64,000 nt of DNA from an uncultured Ignavibacteriales bacterium (GTDB lineage: Bacteria; Zixibacteria; MSB-5A5; GN15; FEB-12): contig CAYXJN010000002.1 of NCBI GenBank assembly GCA_964464605.1, positions 62,001 to 126,000 of the forward strand, in the 5' to 3' direction. The position numbers and the translations under genes were made by a program. Below the pieces are notes generated by a model. That model saw nothing but the letters and a program-made list of their open reading frames with translations. It was not told where the DNA came from and did no database searches. Positions 58,167-64,000 of this stretch are shown one piece after another; the first letter of the stretch is position 1, and each line of letters opens with the position of its first letter.

Positions 58167-58946
58167 TTAGTTTACGCCGCCGTAGGAAAGATACCAGTTG
58201 ATGATCTTATCTCCGTAAATCATCGCGACAAAACCGGCAATTGATAAAAATGGACCGAACGGAATCAACCGGGAACGACGAAGTTTGGCCGAAAAGAGCA
58301 TCATAATCAGCGAAACAATCAATCCGATACACGCTGAACCGAAAAATATCAGCAGCACATGTTTCCATCCTAAAAAGGCACCGAGCATTGCTGCCATTTT
58401 GATATCTCCGCCTCCCATCGATTCTTTTTTAAATATCCGGTCTCCGATTTCAGCGACTACATACAACAGCCCGCCGCCGACCACCACGCCGATCAATGAT
58501 TCAACTATCCCGATTCCAGCCGGTAACAAAGAAGTGGCGAGTCCGAGAATAATACCGGGAAGGGTGATACTATCCGGAATAATGTGAAAATCAAAATCTA
58601 TGTAGCAAATAGCGATGAGAGCTGATGACAGCACAGCAAACACTAAAAACCACCAGTTGAATCCGTATTGATAATACAAAAAGAGATAGATTGCTCCATT
58701 CAGCAGTTCAACGATTGGATATCGTGCGGAAATCGGCGAATTACAAAAACCGCATTTGCCGCCAAGAAAAATCCAGCTGAAAACGGGAATGTTATGATAC
58801 CAGCGAAGTTGTTTGCGGCAGGTCGGGCACATTGAACGCCCCGTTGAGAACTTAATTTTTCGCGGAAGACGGTAAATCACCACATTGAGAAATGAGCCAA
58901 CGGTGATTCCGAACAGAAATATCCAGGCGGCGAGATACGGATTCAT
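58167..58946 (-). CDS. pilD: Prepilin peptidase / N-methyltransferase (A24)
   Basis: GSFLNVVIYRLP, RSMCPTC...CGFC Zn motif, IDFDFHIIPD, MGGGDIKM, IPFGPFL; start at 58946 or 58952. Confidence 0.95.
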   Translation of the reverse strand: MNPYLAAWIFLFGITVGSFLNVVIYRLPRKIKFSTGRSMCPTCRKQLRWYHNIPVFSWIFLGGKCGFCNSPISARYPIVELLNGAIYLFLYYQYGFNWWFLVFAVLSSALIAICYIDFDFHIIPDSITLPGIILGLATSLLPAGIGIVESLIGVVVGGGLLYVVAEIGDRIFKKESMGGGDIKMAAMLGAFLGWKHVLLIFFGSACIGLIVSLIMMLFSAKLRRSRLIPFGPFLSIAGFVAMIYGDKIINWYLSYGGVN

Positions 58947-58973
58947 ACGCATAGTATATCGGAGAAATCTGCA

Positions 58974-59714
58974 TTATGTATACTCTCCTAAAGCCTGTAA
59001 AACAAGGGCGGCACAAACTGGCCCGGCGGTTTCTGTCCTTAAAACACGGTTCCCCAATGAAATCGGCTTAAACCCGGCGCTTACTGCCTGCGTCACTTCT
59101 GAAGTCGAAAAGCCGGACTCCGGCCCGATAAGCAAGGCGGCTCTGTTTACTGTGACAGCTTGCAATGATTGCAAGGTAATGTTGTTTTCGACTTCGGGAT
59201 GAAACAACAATTTGAGCGGTTCATCCATGCTCTCTTTCAAGTACTCCGGCAGCGTGCGAATACCGGCGACATCCGGCAAATAAGACCGGCGGGATTGTTT
59301 CATCGCCGCAACGGCGACTTTTTCAAAACGATTCAGTTTGTTGGAAAGATCGGATGATTTGATGTAAGATTTTTCGGTTTTAAGCGGGACAAACCGGCTG
59401 ACACCAACTTCTGTCCCCTGCTGAATCACCTGGTCGAATTTGAAACCGGTCGAAAGCCCGGCAGCGAGGGTCAGACGCACCATCGGCTCACCGGCATTGC
59501 GCATGACATTGGTTACGCGAACCGACGCATACTTGCTCCCCTTATTGAGATCCAACTCCCCTTTATAGGCCATCCCATTACCATCGACGACAATAACCGG
59601 ATCGTTCTTTTTTAGACGAAGCACGGTCGTCGCATGACGGCTTTCCTCGGCCGAAAGTTCGATTGTGTCACCTGAGATTTTGCTGGAAGGAACGTAGAAA
59701 ATCGGGGCTTCCAT
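58974..59714 (-). CDS. rsmE: 16S rRNA m3U1498 methyltransferase
   Basis: HATTVLRL, TEVGV, AMKQSRR, IGPESGF, LGNRVLRTETA. Start reassigned to ATG 59714. Confidence 0.95.
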   Translation of the reverse strand: MEAPIFYVPSSKISGDTIELSAEESRHATTVLRLKKNDPVIVVDGNGMAYKGELDLNKGSKYASVRVTNVMRNAGEPMVRLTLAAGLSTGFKFDQVIQQGTEVGVSRFVPLKTEKSYIKSSDLSNKLNRFEKVAVAAMKQSRRSYLPDVAGIRTLPEYLKESMDEPLKLLFHPEVENNITLQSLQAVTVNRAALLIGPESGFSTSEVTQAVSAGFKPISLGNRVLRTETAGPVCAALVLQALGEYT

Positions 59715-59716
59715 GC

Positions 59717-60600
59717 TTACCGCTTTCGTACGGTAAAAGAAAGCCACTCGTTGTCGCGCAGGATCGTGAAATTCGTAAGATTATACTTTGTCAACAATGC
59801 CGTGATATCCTGTTCGTCCCGGTCTAATAATCCGGATAAGAGCATAATGCCGTTGGATGCCAAGAGTGGATGCAGTTCCTCGAACATTTCTATAATTGCG
59901 CTCTTGATAATATTCACGCAGATAAAATCGTACGGTTTGTCATTCGCGCATACTTCGATTGAACCATGCACGATTTCATTCGGCACGGTGATATTATTAA
60001 TATCGAAATTCTCCTGACAGTTTTCGACCGCTTCCGGATCATAATCAACTGCTTTGATGTATGTCGCCCCCATTTGAGCGGCAAGAATCGCCAAAAGCCC
60101 TGAACCACAGCCCATGTCGAGAACGCGAACACCCGGTTTCAGGTGCATACGGATTAATTTGAGACAGGAACGAGTCGTTTCGTGGTGTCCCGTTCCAAAG
60201 GCCATCTTCGGTTCGATAATGATATCGAACTTGATATCTTTCGGTGCTGTTGCCCAGGGCGGACGGACGCAGACATCATCACTTATCAAAATCGGCGTTA
60301 CCGATTGTTTGTATTGTTCAACCCACTCGACACTCTTGATAACCCGTTCTGAAACAACCGGATTGATGTTCGCGTGTGAGAGTTTCAGCCCCTGCAAATA
60401 CTCGCCCAATAGTGCTTTGCTCTGTTCCTTGGCTTCCGGAGCAATATAAAACAGAATGCCGGTGTTAACGGTGTCTTCTTCCTCTTCCAACACCAGCCCG
60501 TTGCTGATATGCTCGATAATAAAATCGCAGACCGGATCGACCTGTTCTTTGGGAATGTCGATCCGCAGCTCTAAATAGGAGTCACCGGTAGCGGTTATCA

Positions 60601-60601
<1 letters not shown>
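59717..60601 (-). CDS. prmA: Ribosomal protein L11 methyltransferase
   Basis: EPKMAFGTGHHETT, VLDMGCGSGLLAI, LSGLL; dnaJ-prmA-rsmE synteny. Confidence 0.95.
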
Positions 60602-61752
<1,151 letters not shown>

Positions 61753-63687
61753 TTACTTCTTGTCGTCATCCACGACTTCAAAGTCAGCATCAACCGCGCC
61801 GGTTTTGCCGTCACCGCTTCCGGATTGTCCACCGCTATTCGATGCGCCCGCCTCCGGACCGGCACCCTGCGCACCAGCCTGCTGCTGCTGAGCCTGTTTG
61901 TACATCTCTTCAGCCAACTTATGCGACGCCGCAATCAATTCTTCTTTAGCTTTATTAATAGCTTCCAAAGAATCATTACCGATTACGTTTTTCAGATTCT
62001 GAATAGCCGTTTCGATTTTGGTCTTGTCATCCGCTGAAACTTTGTCCCCATGCTCCTTGAGTGTTTTCTCAGTCGCATAGATCAACTGGTCAGACTCGTT
62101 GCGCGCTTTGATAAGCTCACCGCGTTTTTTGTCTTCTTCCGCGTTTTTCTCGGCATCTTTGACCATCTTGTCGATTTCCTGATCACTCAAACCGGATGAG
62201 GCCTGAATGCGAATCGACTGCTCTTTATTGGTCGCTTTATCTTTAGCCGAAACATGGACAATACCGTTTGCGTCTATATCAAATGTCACTTCAATCTGCG
62301 GCATACCGCGCGGAGCTGAGGGAATACCGACTAAGTCGAACCGTCCTAAAGTTCGGTTATCAATCGCCATCTGACGTTCTCCCTGCAACACGTGAATAGT
62401 CACGGAAGTCTGGTTGTCATCAGCGGTTGAGAATATCTGAGACTTTTTGGTCGGGATTGTCGTGTTACGGTCAATCAACTTCGTCATCACACCACCGAGG
62501 GTTTCGATACCGAGCGAAAGCGGTGTAACATCGAGCAATACGACATCCTTCATTTCACCGGTCAATACACCGCCCTGAATAGCCGCGCCGATAGCAACGA
62601 CTTCATCGGGGTTGACTCCCTTATGCGGTTCCTTGCCGAAGAACTGCTTAACGGTTTCGACAATTTTCGGCATACGGGTCATACCGCCGACCAAAACAAC
62701 TTCGTCGATATCATTGACTGAAAGCTTGGCATCGGCAATTGCCGCTTTGCAGGGCGCAAGGGTGCGCTCGACCAGTTTTTCTACCAACTGTTCGTATTTT
62801 GCTCTGGTCAAAGTCAAGTCCAAGTGTTTTGGACCGTTTTGATCTGCAGTAATGAACGGCAAATTTATATTCGTCTGTAAAGTCGATGACAGTTCGATCT
62901 TCGCTTTTTCAGCCGCTTCTTTTAAGCGCTGCAACGCGATCAGATCTTTACGTAAATCAATCGCGTTCGATTTCAGGAATTCTTCTGCCATCCAGTCTAT
63001 AATCGCTTTATCGAAGTCATCGCCGCCTAAGTGGGTATCACCGTTGGTGGAACGAACTTCGAACACGCCATCTCCAATTTCCAACACGGAAACGTCGAAC
63101 GTACCGCCGCCCAAGTCATAGACGACTATTTTTTCATTTTTCTTTTTATCAAGTCCGTACGCTAATGACGCCGCAGTCGGTTCGTTGATAATGCGCAGCA
63201 CTTCCAACCCGGCAATTTTACCGGCATCCTTGGTCGCCTGACGCTGGGCATCATTGAAATATGCCGGCACAGTAATCACCGCCTGGGTGACTTCCTGGCC
63301 GAGATAGTTTTCTGCCGCTTTCTTAAGCGAACGCAAAATCATCGCCGAAATTTCGGGCGGCGAGTAGGTATCACCGTTGATATCTACCATCGCACCGCCG
63401 CGATCATTGGAAACTAATTTGTACGGAACGAGTTTTTCTTCACCCCGAACTTCATCGAGGTTACGTCCCATAAACCGTTTGATCGAGAACACGGTATTTT
63501 TCGGATTCGTTACCGCCTGACGTTTTGCCGCGGCTCCGACCAACCGTTCTCCATCCTTTGCGAAGGCGACGATCGACGGTGTCGTGCGCGCCCCTTCCGC
63601 ATTTGGGATAACGACCGGATCTTTTCCTTCAAGCACGGCCACACATGAGTTGGTCGTACCGAGGTCAATGCCAATTACCTTTCCCAT
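61753..63687 (-). CDS. dnaK: Chaperone DnaK
   Basis: [47 protein letters not shown]. Confidence 0.99.
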   Translation of the reverse strand: MGKVIGIDLGTTNSCVAVLEGKDPVVIPNAEGARTTPSIVAFAKDGERLVGAAAKRQAVTNPKNTVFSIKRFMGRNLDEVRGEEKLVPYKLVSNDRGGAMVDINGDTYSPPEISAMILRSLKKAAENYLGQEVTQAVITVPAYFNDAQRQATKDAGKIAGLEVLRIINEPTAASLAYGLDKKKNEKIVVYDLGGGTFDVSVLEIGDGVFEVRSTNGDTHLGGDDFDKAIIDWMAEEFLKSNAIDLRKDLIALQRLKEAAEKAKIELSSTLQTNINLPFITADQNGPKHLDLTLTRAKYEQLVEKLVERTLAPCKAAIADAKLSVNDIDEVVLVGGMTRMPKIVETVKQFFGKEPHKGVNPDEVVAIGAAIQGGVLTGEMKDVVLLDVTPLSLGIETLGGVMTKLIDRNTTIPTKKSQIFSTADDNQTSVTIHVLQGERQMAIDNRTLGRFDLVGIPSAPRGMPQIEVTFDIDANGIVHVSAKDKATNKEQSIRIQASSGLSDQEIDKMVKDAEKNAEEDKKRGELIKARNESDQLIYATEKTLKEHGDKVSADDKTKIETAIQNLKNVIGNDSLEAINKAKEELIAASHKLAEEMYKQAQQQQAGAQGAGPEAGASNSGGQSGSGDGKTGAVDADFEVVDDDKK

Positions 63688-63734
63688 AAAACATCCTCCT
63701 TTATTATTTAGCTAACACATTCGAATTCATGCGC

Positions 63735-64000
63735 CTACTCTTTCGCTTTGCTGACGCCTACTTTGGCGTGGCGAAGCACCCGGTCCCCCTGCACATACGC
63801 TTTACTCAATTCAAGCGCGACAGAGCCAACCGGATAGGCATCGGTTTCAACTTCCATGATAGCATCATGCAGTTTCGGGTCGAACGGTTTGCCCAGTGAA
63901 TCAACCGCCGTTATACCTTCTTTAGTCAATACGCCCTGTAACTGCGAAAAAATCAGTTCCGTTCCTTTGACGATTGCCGACGGATCCCCGTTCCCTTGCG
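63735..64000 (-). CDS. grpE: Nucleotide exchange factor GrpE, 5' part outside the window
   Basis: Frame stays open to the window edge: ...IVKGTELIFSQLQGVLTKEG...GKPFDPKLHDAI...LRHAKVGVS; lies upstream of dnaK. Confidence 0.93.
   Translation of the reverse strand, partial: QGNGDPSAIVKGTELIFSQLQGVLTKEGITAVDSLGKPFDPKLHDAIMEVETDAYPVGSVALELSKAYVQGDRVLRHAKVGVSKAKE

Noticed and set aside
63688..63734. CIRCE/HrcA operator for the dnaK operon
   Set aside because: No TTAGCACTC-N9-GAGTGCTAA in the grpE-dnaK gap. The operon promoter lies beyond the window edge.

Overview
Gene-dense bacterial chromosome segment from a diderm (LptD, BamD and LolA are present). The mix of a T9SS-type C-terminal domain and Cys-flanked dockerin-like C-termini resembles candidate phylum Zixibacteria / FCB-group relatives; this taxonomic call is inference only. 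Most of the window is minus-strand housekeeping. Left part: peptidoglycan-recycling epimerase plus NlpC/P60, coaE, polA-nadD-bamD-rimO-lolA-ftsK-lptD, AlaX, an FAH-family gene and a MATE transporter. Middle (20.6-38.5 kb): an ~18 kb aromatic amino-acid supercluster with aroQBKEA, two DAHP synthases, tyrA, argS, chorismate mutase, trpEGDCFBA, a Ser/Ser DapF and an aminotransferase. Right part: two-component genes, rnhC, efp, pilD and rsmE-prmA-dnaJ-dnaK-grpE. Highlights not in the ORF track or not obvious from it: (1) a complete ribosome-mediated attenuator with a 22-aa YYWWW leader peptide, 5 nt after the aminotransferase stop, ahead of a DapF homologue whose two catalytic Cys are both Ser; (2) tRNA-Thr(CGT) followed by a REP-associated tyrosine transposase flanked by two inverted 32-nt REP hairpins; (3) three tandem >1000-aa secreted proteins (S8 protease, M12-like metalloprotease, SBBP beta-propeller), all ending in a dockerin-like module, a candidate cellulosome-like proteolytic assembly or sorting system; (4) a His-less, ATPase-less GAF pseudokinase paired with a hybrid kinase; (5) frequent leaderless-type promoters and a recurring CCGATA upstream motif. 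No CRISPR array, rRNA, prophage or integrase was seen.
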